Assembly: GCA_965212005.1 (NCBI GenBank)
Contig: OZ243038.1
Location: forward strand, 2,103,981-2,167,980
From: Candidatus Porifericomitaceae bacterium
GTDB lineage: Bacteria > Pseudomonadota > Gammaproteobacteria > Porifericomitales > Porifericomitaceae
Direction of reading: 5' to 3'
Length of the DNA stretch: 64,000 bases
Numbering within the stretch: the stretch's first letter is position 1; each line of letters opens with the position of its first letter. The position numbers and the translations under genes are program-made. The notes beneath the pieces are model-generated. The model had not been told where the DNA came from, did no database searches, and was given only the letters and a program-made list of their open reading frames with translations. Positions 1 through 12,103 of this stretch are shown in pieces.

Positions 1-1
1 G

Positions 2-214
2 AGGCCGCCATTGGGATGGGAGCAATTTCGTGCCCTGGTGTCCCGTTCTCCGGTACCGGTTTATGCGTTAGGGGGTATGGAGCCGGCGCATCTGCGGAAC
101 GGTTGGTCGGCTGGCGCGCAAGGGCTGGCTATGCTGAGTGCCTTGCGCGATGCCGCTGATCCGGCCGCTATCGTGCGCGCCTGCGAGGAGGCACGCCGGA
201 GCGAATACGCATAG
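2..214 (+). CDS. C-terminal fragment of a thiamine-phosphate-synthase (ThiE)-like domain protein; the 5' end lies outside the window
   Basis: The frame is open from the window edge. ...VPVYALGGMEPAHL...AGAQGLAMLSAL... resembles the C-terminal AxGGI / GAxGvAvisa strands of ThiE-type TIM barrels. Confidence 0.45.
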   Translation, partial: RPPLGWEQFRALVSRSPVPVYALGGMEPAHLRNGWSAGAQGLAMLSALRDAADPAAIVRACEEARRSEYA

Positions 215-294
215 CGCGCCGTCCCATGGCGTGGCCAGTGCGCCTTGAGCGCGTTTTTCGCGGCCCTGGCGCGCCGTTGACTCCGATCTGCGGT

Positions 295-906
295 TCAATC
301 TGCACGTTGAGACAGTTCCAGGTAGTGCTGATGCAGTTGCCTTACCTGTTGTTCCAGGTGCGTCGTGTCACCGTTATTGTCCAATACGTCATTGGCGACC
401 GCCAGCCTGCGTCGCGGCTCTGCCTGGGCGTGAATGATTCCCTCGATCTCCTGGGGCGATACGCCGTCCCGGCGGGCGGCACGTTCGACCTGCAGCGCAC
501 GCCGGCAGTCCAAGGCCAGCACCCGGTCTACCCAGCCGATGGTTTCCGTTTCCACCAGCAATGGGATACAGAGGATGCAGTAAGCTGCCGACAGCTCATC
601 GTAACGCCGCTGCATCTCCTGGAAGGCGGGTCGGTGCAGAATGTGTTCCAGTTGTTTCCTGCTTTTCTCGCTTTGAAATACGATCTTACGCAGTTGTTTT
701 CGATCCACTGCGTCGGGGGCGGCCATCATCGCGGAGCCGAATACTTGCGACACTTGCCGTACCGCCGGCTGACCGGGAGACAGCAGCTGGCGGCAAACGT
801 GGTCCAGATCGATTACTGGTGCTCCGAGCGCACGAAACGCCGCCGCCGCGGTAGATTTGCCGCTGCCAATTCCACCTGTTAGTCCAATGCGCAGCGGCTG
901 GGTCAG
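295..906 (-). CDS. coaE: dephospho-CoA kinase
   Basis: P-loop IGLTGGIGSGKST lies near the N-terminus and the body is about 200 aa. It sits in the canonical position just downstream of pilD. The track ORF (start 1101) would overlap pilD by about 200 bp. Homology begins at ...LTQPLRIGLTGG, where only a CTG (906) is available, so the exact start is unresolved. Confidence 0.8.
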   Translation of the reverse strand: MTQPLRIGLTGGIGSGKSTAAAAFRALGAPVIDLDHVCRQLLSPGQPAVRQVSQVFGSAMMAAPDAVDRKQLRKIVFQSEKSRKQLEHILHRPAFQEMQRRYDELSAAYCILCIPLLVETETIGWVDRVLALDCRRALQVERAARRDGVSPQEIEGIIHAQAEPRRRLAVANDVLDNNGDTTHLEQQVRQLHQHYLELSQRAD

Positions 907-1775
907 AGCATGAGCTCCGTTTGCCAGATTATGGCGTTCAACTGCTCTCCCCAGTGTAAAGAGAACCAACCGGCCAGTGCGAGGCAGGGACCGAAAGGCA
1001 TGGGGCGGCTCCAAGCGTGCGTGCCTCGCACGATCTGGATCAGGCCAGTGACGGATCCGAGCAGGGCAGAAAACAACACTATCAGTGGCAGTTGTTCCCA
1101 TCCCAGCCAGGCACCCATCATGGCGAGCAGCTTCAAGTCCCCGCAGCCCAGTCCGTCGCGTCCAAGCATTAGACGGGATAACTGCAGCACCAGCCAGAAA
1201 ACGAGGTAGCCCAGCATGGCGCCGAGCAAGCTGGAATGAACGTCAGTAAAGCCTCCCCAGAAGCTGACGGCCAGCCCCAGCCAGAGCATGGGCAGGGTGA
1301 TGGCGTCTGGCAGCAACTGGTGCTCCCAGTCGATCACGGCCAAGCATAGAAGCGAGCAGATGAAGGCGATGGCTGGCAGGACTTGCCAGCTGTATCCCAG
1401 GCTCCAAGCCAGGTGAGCGAGGGCGAGGCCCGTGCTCAATTCCAGCAAAGGATAGCGCAACGGGATCAGGACGGCGCACTGGGGGCAGTGTCCTCTCAGC
1501 CACAGGTAACTGAACAGCGGGATATTCTCCCATGCGCGCAGTTTGTGACGGCACTGTGGGCAGTGAGAGCGGGGCCGGGTCAGATTATAGCGCTGCAGTG
1601 GTTCCTCGGCGGGTAACTCCAGCAGTTCCCGGCAGTCAGATTGCCAGCGCCGCTGTATCATCTGCGGCAGACGGTGGCTGACCACGCTCAAAAAGCTGCC
1701 CAAGATCAGTCCGATCCCGCCGCAGAATAGAATCCATGCGGCAGGGGATGACTGCAGAAAAGAGAAGATATACAC
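903..1775 (-). CDS. pilD: prepilin peptidase / N-methyltransferase (A24 family)
   Basis: 290 aa. It has the paired Cys motifs CPQCRHKL...GHCPQCAV of the PilD methyltransferase region, followed by a polytopic A24 peptidase body. It lies between pilC and coaE as in Pseudomonas-type pilBCD clusters. Confidence 0.9.
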   Translation of the reverse strand: MYIFSFLQSSPAAWILFCGGIGLILGSFLSVVSHRLPQMIQRRWQSDCRELLELPAEEPLQRYNLTRPRSHCPQCRHKLRAWENIPLFSYLWLRGHCPQCAVLIPLRYPLLELSTGLALAHLAWSLGYSWQVLPAIAFICSLLCLAVIDWEHQLLPDAITLPMLWLGLAVSFWGGFTDVHSSLLGAMLGYLVFWLVLQLSRLMLGRDGLGCGDLKLLAMMGAWLGWEQLPLIVLFSALLGSVTGLIQIVRGTHAWSRPMPFGPCLALAGWFSLHWGEQLNAIIWQTELML

Positions 1776-1860
1776 AACCGTCAGAACGCAGTGTTCCGAA
1801 AGCAGCGACGGCTTCTAGTGCTGGGGTGTAGGATCTGGGGTAGGTGCCGTGCTGCGGCTC

Positions 1861-3081
1861 TTAAATGGCCTGGCCCAGCTTGAAAATGGGCAGGTACATG
1901 GCCGTCACCATGGTCCCCACGATGCCTCCCAGAAAAACGATGATAATAGGCTCCATCATGGCCTGCAAAGATTCCACCAGGGCATCGACTTCATCTTCGT
2001 AGAAGTCTGCTACTTTGCCCAGCATTTCGTCCAGGGAGCCGGCTTCCTCGCCGATGGACACCATCTGCACCACCATGTTGGGGAACAGCTTGGTGTCGCG
2101 CATTGCCGACTGGAGCTGGGTACCAGTGGAGATCTCGTCGCGCATCTCCATCGTGGCGTCATAGTAAATGGCGTTCCCGCATGCCCCGGCAACTGAAGTC
2201 ATCGCTTCAACCAACGGGGTGCCGGCTGCAAACATCGTGGCCAGAGTCCTGCAGAAGCGGGCAATCGCCGACTTGTTGAGAATGGGGCCCATAATGGGAA
2301 GGCGCAGGGAAAGCTTGTCCAGGAAGCGGGCAAAGTTCTTTGAAGTCTTGCGCAGTCTCATAGGGATCATGATCATGGCCGTAACCGCTATGATGATCAG
2401 TAGGATGTACTTCTGCATAAATTCGGAGGCGGATACTACCAATTTCGTCAAGGCTGGCAGGTCTGCCCCAAAATTGGCGAACAGCTCTTCAAATTGGGGG
2501 ATCACAAATACCAGCAGGATGGTAATCACGAGGCCCGCCACGCCCAGCACCATGGACGGATAAATCATCGCCTTCTTAATCTTCCGTTTCATCTGCTCGG
2601 ACTTCTCTTTGTACACAGCGATTTTGTGTAACAAAGATTCCAAAATTCCGGCCTTCTCTCCCGCTGCTATCAGGCTGATGTAGAGCGAATCGAATTGATG
2701 CGGATGCTTGGCCAGGGCTTCCGCCAAGGTCCCTCCGGCCTCCACGTCTCCCTTGATGGCCATAATCATTTCCTGCATCGAGGGGTTCTCATGTCCCTGT
2801 CCCACGATGTCGAAAGACTGCACCAACGGAACACCGGAAGACATCATGGTCGCCATCTGGCGGCTAAAGATGGCGATGTCGCTGGCAGTGATCTTTTTGC
2901 CGCTTTTGCTGAACAGGGATTTGGTTTTTTTCTGTACTTTGAGTGGGCGGATCCCGCGATTACGCAGCCGGGCCCGGGCCTGCCCCAAGTTGAGGGCATC
3001 CAACTCTCCCTGGACAATTTTGCCCCTCTCATTCTTGCCGGTCCAACTGAAGGTGAGCGTCTGCGATTGTGCGGCTGCCAT
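1861..3081 (-). CDS. pilC: type IV pilus assembly platform protein PilC (GspF family)
   Basis: 406 aa with two T2SSF-type repeats and three hydrophobic segments. An SD-like GGAGAGG lies upstream of the ATG at 3081. The gene lies directly downstream of pilB. Confidence 0.9.
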   Translation of the reverse strand: MAAAQSQTLTFSWTGKNERGKIVQGELDALNLGQARARLRNRGIRPLKVQKKTKSLFSKSGKKITASDIAIFSRQMATMMSSGVPLVQSFDIVGQGHENPSMQEMIMAIKGDVEAGGTLAEALAKHPHQFDSLYISLIAAGEKAGILESLLHKIAVYKEKSEQMKRKIKKAMIYPSMVLGVAGLVITILLVFVIPQFEELFANFGADLPALTKLVVSASEFMQKYILLIIIAVTAMIMIPMRLRKTSKNFARFLDKLSLRLPIMGPILNKSAIARFCRTLATMFAAGTPLVEAMTSVAGACGNAIYYDATMEMRDEISTGTQLQSAMRDTKLFPNMVVQMVSIGEEAGSLDEMLGKVADFYEDEVDALVESLQAMMEPIIIVFLGGIVGTMVTAMYLPIFKLGQAI

Positions 3082-3109
3082 GTTCCGATACCTCTCCTGC
3101 TGCCTGATT

Positions 3110-4834
3110 TTACTCTACGGTAACCCGGTTGATCTCGGAAAGGCTGGTCAGGCCGGCCTTGACTTTCATCAGCCCGGACCGGCGTATATCCCAGCAGCCT
3201 TCCTCTTTAGCCTGAGTCGCCAACTGCACTGCGTTAGCTCCTTCGATGATGAGCCGCTTCATTTCCTCGGAAACCGGCATGACCTGGTAGACGCCAACCC
3301 TTCCCTTGTATCCGCTGGGACAGGCGTCACCGCCGTTACCGGGTTCATACACCTCGAAATCGTCTTTCAAGTCCTCCGGGGTAAAGCCCTCCTTCAGCAG
3401 CGCTTTTTGGGGCATTTCCAATTCCTGCCGGTATTGCGGGTGTAGCCGCCGGGCCAGGCGTTGCGCAGTGATCAGGTTGATACTGGTTGCCACGGCGAAG
3501 GGCGGTATGCCCATGTCCTGCAAGCGGGTCAAGGTTTGCGGACCGTCATTAGTATGCAGCGTGGACATGACCATGTGGCCGGTTTGCGCGGCCTTGACGG
3601 CGATGCTGCCAGTGTCGAAGTCTCGAATCTCGCCGACCAGGATGATGTCTGGGTCCTGCCGCAAAAACGCCTTGAGGGCCTTGGAGAAAGTCATGCCGGT
3701 GCGTTCATCCACCTGCACCTGGTTGACGCCGGGCAGGTTGATTTCCACCGGATCTTCAGCGGTTGATATATTCACCTCTTCCTGGTTCAGGATATTGATT
3801 CCGGTGTACAGCGAGACGGTTTTGCCACTTCCGGTGGGACCGGTCACCAGGAACATTCCGTAAGGTTTTTGCAGGTTCTGGAGAAAAAGTTCCTTTTGGT
3901 GATCCTCGTAGCCCAATTGGTCGATTTGCAGCTTGGCGGCGTCCGAGTCCAGGATACGCATACAGCATTTTTCACCGAACAGCGTTGGACAGGTGCTGAC
4001 GCGAAAATCGATGGCCTTATTTTTGGATAGCTTCAGCTTGATGCGCCCGTCCTGCGGCACCCGCCTCTCGGATACGTCCAGCCGCGACATTACCTTAATG
4101 CGGGCCGATATCTTCTGCGACAGGATCAGCGGCGGCTTGGCAAATTCCTGCAGCATACCGTCGACTCGCAGCCGGACCCGGAAGTATTTTTCATAGGGTT
4201 CAAAGTGCAGGTCGGAGGCACCCAGCTTAATGGCGTCCACCAGCATCTTATTCACGAAGCGGACCACTGGCGCGTCTTCCACTTCTTCGCTGTGCGTGCT
4301 CTCGTCGGCGACTTCTTCGGCGGTGGTGGAAATGTTGTCCATGTCCTCCAAATCATCGCCCATCATGTCGTGCAGCGAAGATTCGGTCTCGTCAGCAATC
4401 TTTTCAAGGGCGCGATCCAGCTTGTGTTCCTCCACCACCACTGCCTCGATCAGGCAGCCCGTGGCAAACTTGATCTCATCCAGTGCCTGCAGGTTCGTCG
4501 GATCTGAAGTGCCGATGAACAGCTTCTTGCCTCGCTTATGCAGTGGAACCAAACGGTGTTTCTTCAGAGTGTCCAGCTTGGACTCCTTGATGACCTGCAT
4601 GTCCAACTCCACCGTGTCCAGATCGAGCAAAGGGATGCTAAAGTCCGCCGACGCGGTGCGGGCAATGTCCGCCGAGGCAACTTTCTTCTCGTTGACCAGG
4701 TAGGTAACCAGGGAAATTTTCCTTTTCTGCGCCTTCCGCGTGGCTTCCTGGGCTTCTTGTTCGCTGATGAGTTTGTGCGCCACAATCTTTCGCGCCAAGC
4801 CTGCGAGTGGGATCTTCTTTGCGGATGCGGCCAT
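3110..4834 (-). CDS. pilB: type IV pilus extension ATPase PilB (GspE family)
   Basis: 574 aa. Walker A is GPTGSGKT, Walker B region is [10 protein letters not shown], and the His box is [13 protein letters not shown]. The N-terminal GSPII-like region is MAASAKKIPLAGLARKIV... Confidence 0.92.
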   Translation of the reverse strand: MAASAKKIPLAGLARKIVAHKLISEQEAQEATRKAQKRKISLVTYLVNEKKVASADIARTASADFSIPLLDLDTVELDMQVIKESKLDTLKKHRLVPLHKRGKKLFIGTSDPTNLQALDEIKFATGCLIEAVVVEEHKLDRALEKIADETESSLHDMMGDDLEDMDNISTTAEEVADESTHSEEVEDAPVVRFVNKMLVDAIKLGASDLHFEPYEKYFRVRLRVDGMLQEFAKPPLILSQKISARIKVMSRLDVSERRVPQDGRIKLKLSKNKAIDFRVSTCPTLFGEKCCMRILDSDAAKLQIDQLGYEDHQKELFLQNLQKPYGMFLVTGPTGSGKTVSLYTGINILNQEEVNISTAEDPVEINLPGVNQVQVDERTGMTFSKALKAFLRQDPDIILVGEIRDFDTGSIAVKAAQTGHMVMSTLHTNDGPQTLTRLQDMGIPPFAVATSINLITAQRLARRLHPQYRQELEMPQKALLKEGFTPEDLKDDFEVYEPGNGGDACPSGYKGRVGVYQVMPVSEEMKRLIIEGANAVQLATQAKEEGCWDIRRSGLMKVKAGLTSLSEINRVTVE

Positions 4835-4869
4835 GGTTCTACCTGCAAATAATACTTAACTGATAGGCA

Positions 4870-4898
4870 AGTATACTAGAGCAGGAAAACGATGTCAC
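4870..4898 (-). promoter_or_regulatory. candidate sigma-70 promoter of pilB (GTGACA-17 nt-TATACT)
   Basis: The minus-strand reading gives GTGACA tcgttttcctgctctag TATACT about 35 nt upstream of the pilB ATG. The same element (GTGGCA-17-TATACT) is kept in the duplicate at 7338..7366. Confidence 0.35.
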
Positions 4899-4968
4899 TA
4901 GCCTGAAGAATTGGCCCCATGTTCGGGACCGGCCAGCATCCCCGCCTGCGTTGATTCGGCTTAAAAAG

Positions 4969-4983
4969 CATTGATTATCAATG
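4969..4983. promoter_or_regulatory. perfect 15-bp palindrome CATTGATtATCAATG upstream of pilB (candidate operator)
   Basis: Seen directly. An identical copy is retained at 7445..7459 in the decayed unit, although the surrounding DNA has diverged. Confidence 0.3.
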
Positions 4984-5069
4984 ATGCCAGGTAGAAAAGT
5001 CCGGTTCAGGCGAGCGGGAGTGCGGGCGCTGCCCGGACGGACTGGGTGGCGGTCGTTGCCCGGGGCCGG

Positions 5070-6188
5070 TCACCTCACCATAATCAACATAATCAACACG
5101 ATGCCTCCCAGAAAAATGATGATGATAGGCTCCATAATGGACTGCAAAGATCCCACCACGGCATCGACTTCCTCTTCGTAGAAGTCTGCTACTTTGTCCA
5201 GCATTTCGTCCAGGGAGCCGGCTTCCTCGCCGATGGACACCATATGCACCACCATGTTGGGGAACAGCTTGGTGTCGCGCATTGCCGACTGGAGCTGGGT
5301 GCCGGTGGCGATCTCGTCGCGCATCTCTATCGTGGCGTCATAGTAAACGGCGTTTCCGCATGTCCCGGCAACTGAAGTCATCGCTTCAACCAACGGGGTG
5401 CCGGCTGCAAACATCGTGGACAGAGTTCTGCAGAAGCGGGCAATCGCCGACTTGTTGAGAATGGGGCCCATAATAGGAAGACGCAGGGAAAGCCTGTCCA
5501 GGAAGCGGGCAAAGTTCTGTGAAGTCCTGCGCAGTCTCAGAGGGATTATGATCATGGCCGCAATCGCCATGAGGATCAGCAGGATGTACGGCTGCATAAA
5601 TGAGGAGGCTCCTACCAGCAGGAGGATGACGTTCACGATGAACGCCACGCCTAGCACAATGGCCGGATAAATCATCGCCTTCTTAATCTTCTGTTTCATC
5701 TGCTCGGACTTCTCTTTGTACAAAGCGATTTTGTGTAACAAAGATTCCAAAACTCCGGCCTTCTCTCCCGCTGCTATCAGGCTGATGTAGAGCGAATCGA
5801 ATTGCTTCGGATGCTTGGCCAGGGCTTCCGCCAAGGTTCCTCCGGCCTCCACGTCTCCCTTGATGGCCATAATTATTTCCTGCATCGAGGGGTTCTCATG
5901 TCCCTGCCCCATGATGTCGAAAGACTGCCCCAATGGAACACCGGAAGACATCATGGTCGCCATCTGGCGGCTAAAGACGGCGATGTCGCTGGCAGTGATC
6001 TTTTTGCCGCTTTTGCTGAACAGGGATTTGGTTTTTTTCTGTACTTTGAGTGGGCGGATCCCGCGATTACGCAGCCGGACCCGGGCCTGCTCCAAGTTGA
6101 GGGCATCCAACTCTCCCTGGACAATTTTGCCCCTCTCATTCTTGCCGGTCCAACTGAAGGTGAGCGTCTGCGATTGTGCGGCTGCCAT
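5070..6188 (-). pseudogene. pilC' - duplicated PilC copy with a 34-aa internal deletion and a replaced C-terminus (the ORF is still open)
   Basis: 372 aa, roughly nine in ten residues identical to PilC by eye. It lacks ...IPQFEELFANFGADLPALTKLVV... The last TM helix is truncated to ...GGIVLIMLIMVR, encoded by junction filler DNA. Confidence 0.6.
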
Positions 6189-6216
6189 GTTTCGATACCT
6201 CTCCTGCTGCCTGATT

Positions 6217-7304
6217 TTACTCTACGGTAACCCGGTTGATCTCGGAAAGGCTGGTCAGGCCGGCCTTGACTTTCATCAGCCCGGACCGGCGTATATCCCA
6301 GCAGCCTTCCTCTTTAGCCTGAATCGCCAACTGCACTGCGTTAGCTCCTTCGATGATGAGCCGCTTCATTTCCTCGGAAATCGGCATGACCTGGTAGACG
6401 CGAACCCTTCCCTTGTATCCGCTGGGACAGGCTGCACCGCCGTTATCGGGTTCATACACCTCGAAATCGTCTTTCAAGTCCTCCGCGGTAAAGCCCTCCT
6501 TCAGCAGCGTTTTTTGGGGCATTTCCAATTCCTGCCGGTATTGCGGGTGTAGCCGCCGGGCCAGGCGTTGCGCAGTGATCAGGTTGATACTGGTTGCCAC
6601 GGCGAAGGGCGGTATGCCCATGTCCTGCAGGCGGGTCAAGGTTTGCGGACCGTCATTAGTATGCAGCGTGGACATGACCATGTGGCCGGTTTGCGCGGCC
6701 TTGACGGCGATGCTGCCAGTGTCGAAGTCTCGAATCTCGCCGACCAGGATGATGTCTGGGTCCTGCCGCAAAAACGCCTTGAGGGCCTTGGAGAAGGTCA
6801 TGCCGATGCCGTCCATCCACCTGCACCTGGTTGACGCCGGGCAGGTTGATTTCCACCGGATCTTCAGCGGTCGATATATTCACCTCTTCCTGGTTCAGGA
6901 TATTGATTCCGGTGTACAGCGAGACGGTTTTGCCACTTCCGGTGGGACCGGTCACCAGGAACATTCCGTAAGGTTTTTGCAGGTTCTGGAGAAAAAGTTC
7001 CTTGCTTATGCAGTGGAACCAAACGGTGTTTCTTCAGGGTGTACAGCTTGGCCTCCTTGATGACCCGCATGTTCAACTCCACCGTGTCCAGATCGAGCAA
7101 AGGGATGCTAAAGTCCGCCGACGCGGTGCGGGCAATGTCCGCCGAGGCAACTTTCTTCTCGTTGACCAGATAGGTCACCAGGGAAAACTTCCTTTTCTGC
7201 GCCTTCCGCGTGGCTTCCTGGGCTTCTTGTTCGCTGATGAGTTTGTGCGCTACGATCTTTCGCGCCAAGCCTGCGAGTGGGATTTTCTTTGCGGATGCGA
7301 CCAT
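6217..7304 (-). pseudogene. pilB' - duplicated PilB copy broken into three frames
   Basis: Track ORFs 6864..7304 (N-terminal ~100 aa), 6656..6964 ([13 protein letters not shown]...) and 6217..6816 (C-terminal 199 aa) all match PilB. A 638-bp (non-multiple-of-3) deletion removes residues ~101-313. A +1 insertion shifts the frame again at ...VQVD|. Confidence 0.85.
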
Positions 7305-7337
7305 GGTTCTACCTGCAAATAAGATCTACCGACAGAA

Positions 7338-7366
7338 AGTATACCAGAGCAGGAAAACGATGCCAC
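7338..7366 (-). promoter_or_regulatory. duplicate copy of the pilB promoter candidate (GTGGCA-17 nt-TATACT)
   Basis: Homologous position to 4870..4898. This is presumably the ancestral promoter and now drives only the decayed copy. Confidence 0.3.
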
Positions 7367-7444
7367 TAGCTTGAGAACGGGTCCCATGTTCGGGACCGGT
7401 GCTTCCGGTGCAACCTCCTCGCCTGCGTTGATCGGATTAAAAGG

Positions 7445-7459
7445 CATTGATTATCAATG
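7445..7459. promoter_or_regulatory. second copy of the palindrome CATTGATtATCAATG
   Basis: Identical to 4969..4983. Confidence 0.3.
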
Positions 7460-7798
7460 ATGCCAGGCAGAAAAGTCCGGTTCAGGTGAGCGGGAGTGCG
7501 GGCGCTGCCCGGACGGACCCTGGCGGCGGTCGTTGCCCGGGGCCGGTCACGCGCATCCATCAGACGAGTTTCAGGACGGGGCGTCGTGCGGCAGGGCCTT
7601 AAAAGACCTCCCGGGCCATTAGAATCATGCGCGGCATTCCAGGCCTCATACCTGCGCACTCTATGCGCGGTTACGCCCACCGTTTTGGCGCCAGGAACAA
7701 AGGCGCGCTTGTCCTTCCCGCTCTAAATCATGAGTCGTTCGTGATGGCTGCCCGCCGGCTGCGTATCCGGATGCCGCCACGGCCAGGGGATCATCCCT

Positions 7799-10384
<2,586 letters not shown>

Positions 10385-10558
10385 ATTCGTTCCCGTTTCC
10401 TGCGGTCTGTTCGTTTTGGCTGATCCGGGGCCGGATCGCATTCTGTCGGATGCTCCGTGCCCAGTGATGCCGCGTGTCATTGGACTCGGGCGGCACAGGG
10501 TGTATTCCAGGCCTGCGCTGAACGGCGAAGTCCTGAAAAACTTCCTGCGCTGTCCGTA

Positions 10559-10586
10559 TAGATGTGGTCAAAAGCGGCAGATTCAA
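10559..10586 (-). promoter_or_regulatory. candidate sigma-32 (RpoH) promoter of clpB
   Basis: Minus strand reads ATTGAAT-13 nt-CCACATCT against the consensus CTTGAAA-N13/14-CCCCATNT. It lies about 175 nt upstream of the clpB ATG. Confidence 0.35.
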
Positions 10587-10696
10587 TGCCCGATCCAGCG
10601 CACGTACACTGCGGCGAATGCGCCCAATCGGCGGGCTAACCGCCCGGCATGCCTGGTGGGGCCTGCTGCTGACAGCCTGGGACCGCTGGGCGCGAT

Positions 10697-12070
10697 TCAG
10701 TAAATGCCAATGTCCAGGTAGGAGCGGGAGATTTTTGAGATGGCGTCCACGTAAGCCGCAGTACGGAGATCATCGACCTTGTCGTTCTCATGCAGGATTT
10801 GGCGGAACTGTTGGTAGGCCAAGCACATGCTGTCGTCCAGACCGGAACGAACCAGGTCTAGTTCTCTTGCTCCCTGAATAATTTGAGCACTGATATGTTC
10901 GGGTGCCTTGTTCCCGCTGAGCACCTCTATCAGGTCGACTATTTGTTGGTTGCGCATCTGATCGTAGCGCCGCTCCATGCGCCCGAAGCGGATATGGTTT
11001 AGATTGCGCACCCACTCGAAATAGGAAACGATGACGCCACCGGCGTTTACGTAAATATCCGGCAGGATGACCACTCCGCGTTTTCGCAATATCGCGTCTG
11101 CTTCAGCGTTGATCGGACCGTTGGCCGCCTCGGCGATCAGGCGCGCCTGAATGCGCTCTGCGTTTTGCTCGGTGATTTGTGCTTCGAGTGCGGCTGGAAT
11201 CAGGATGTCACAATCCAACTCCAGGCCAGCGGCGCCGTTTTCGCTGTACGCCGCGCCGGGGAAATCCCGTACCCCCTGATGCTTATTGATATGCAGGCGC
11301 ACCTGTTCCACCGGCAGTCCCTGTTCCTTGAAGATGTAGCCATCGCATTCAATGATCGCGATGATGCGCGCTTCATCCTCCTCTTCGAGCAGCTTGGCTG
11401 CGTGGTAACCAACGTTGCCGAGTCCCTGGATGACAATACGTGTGCCGCCCAGGCCGCCATCCATGCGGCACATCCGCTTGTCTTCCGGATGGCGGAAGAA
11501 TTCCCGTAGTGCGTATACCACGCCACGCCCGGTCGCCTCGATGCGGCCATGTATTCCCCCATGGTGAACCGGTTTTCCGGTAACGCAAGCTTGTGCGTTG
11601 ATGTCGTCCGGGCGCAGGTGCTTGTAGGTATCGGCGATCCAAGCCATTTCCCGTTGCCCGGTGCCCATGTCCGGTGCCGGTACGTTGGTGGCCGGATTGA
11701 GAAAGCCTTTGCGGGACAACTCGCGCGTAAAACGGCGCGTGATGGATTCCATCTCGTCGCGCCGGTAGCGCCGGGGGTCGATCTGCAGTCCACCCTTGGA
11801 ACCACCGAAGGGCACGTCCACCAATGAGCATTTGTAAGTCATCAGGCTGGCCAAAGCTTCCACCTCGTCCTGCTCCACAACCGGGGCGAAACGGAGCCCA
11901 CCCTTGACCGGCAGCCGGTGGGTACTATGTACCGCACGCCAGCCGTTGAACACCTCGACGCGGTCGTGCAGGCGAACCGGAAAGGAAACCTGCAGCACCT
12001 CGTTGCATGCCTCGATGGCCTCGGCGATGCCCGGATCCAGCTTCAGCAAGCGGAAGGCGCGATTGGCCAT
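10697..12070 (-). CDS. glutamate dehydrogenase (Glu/Leu/Phe/Val dehydrogenase family)
   Basis: 457 aa. It has the catalytic-Lys motif PFGGSKGG, VPAPDMGTG, and the dinucleotide fold GLGNVG. Confidence 0.85.
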   Translation of the reverse strand: MANRAFRLLKLDPGIAEAIEACNEVLQVSFPVRLHDRVEVFNGWRAVHSTHRLPVKGGLRFAPVVEQDEVEALASLMTYKCSLVDVPFGGSKGGLQIDPRRYRRDEMESITRRFTRELSRKGFLNPATNVPAPDMGTGQREMAWIADTYKHLRPDDINAQACVTGKPVHHGGIHGRIEATGRGVVYALREFFRHPEDKRMCRMDGGLGGTRIVIQGLGNVGYHAAKLLEEEDEARIIAIIECDGYIFKEQGLPVEQVRLHINKHQGVRDFPGAAYSENGAAGLELDCDILIPAALEAQITEQNAERIQARLIAEAANGPINAEADAILRKRGVVILPDIYVNAGGVIVSYFEWVRNLNHIRFGRMERRYDQMRNQQIVDLIEVLSGNKAPEHISAQIIQGARELDLVRSGLDDSMCLAYQQFRQILHENDKVDDLRTAAYVDAISKISRSYLDIGIY

Positions 12071-12103
12071 CTGGTTGACGTTTTGCGTGAATTTAATCGG
12101 ACT

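Larger units (their letters stand above)
1918..5073. repeat. tandem duplication, unit A (intact pilC 3' part + pilB + ~240 bp upstream region)
   Basis: Colinear with 5097..7550 by direct reading. The same promoter-region text occurs at 4835-5073 and 7305-7550 (ggttctacctgcaaataa ... cgttgcccggggccggtcac). The same pilC and pilB coding text appears in both, with scattered substitutions. Confidence 0.85.
5097..7550. repeat. tandem duplication, unit B (decayed pilC'-pilB' + upstream region)
   Basis: Homologous to unit A but about 700 bp shorter. It has a 102-bp in-frame deletion in pilC' (near 5610), a 638-bp deletion in pilB' (junction near 7003) and a 1-nt insertion near 6806-6813. Confidence 0.85.

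Noticed and set aside
295-1101. The 268-aa version of CoaE starting at 1101.
   Set aside because: It would overlap pilD by ~200 bp. The extra 65 residues have no CoaE similarity and the P-loop normally lies within the first ~10 residues.
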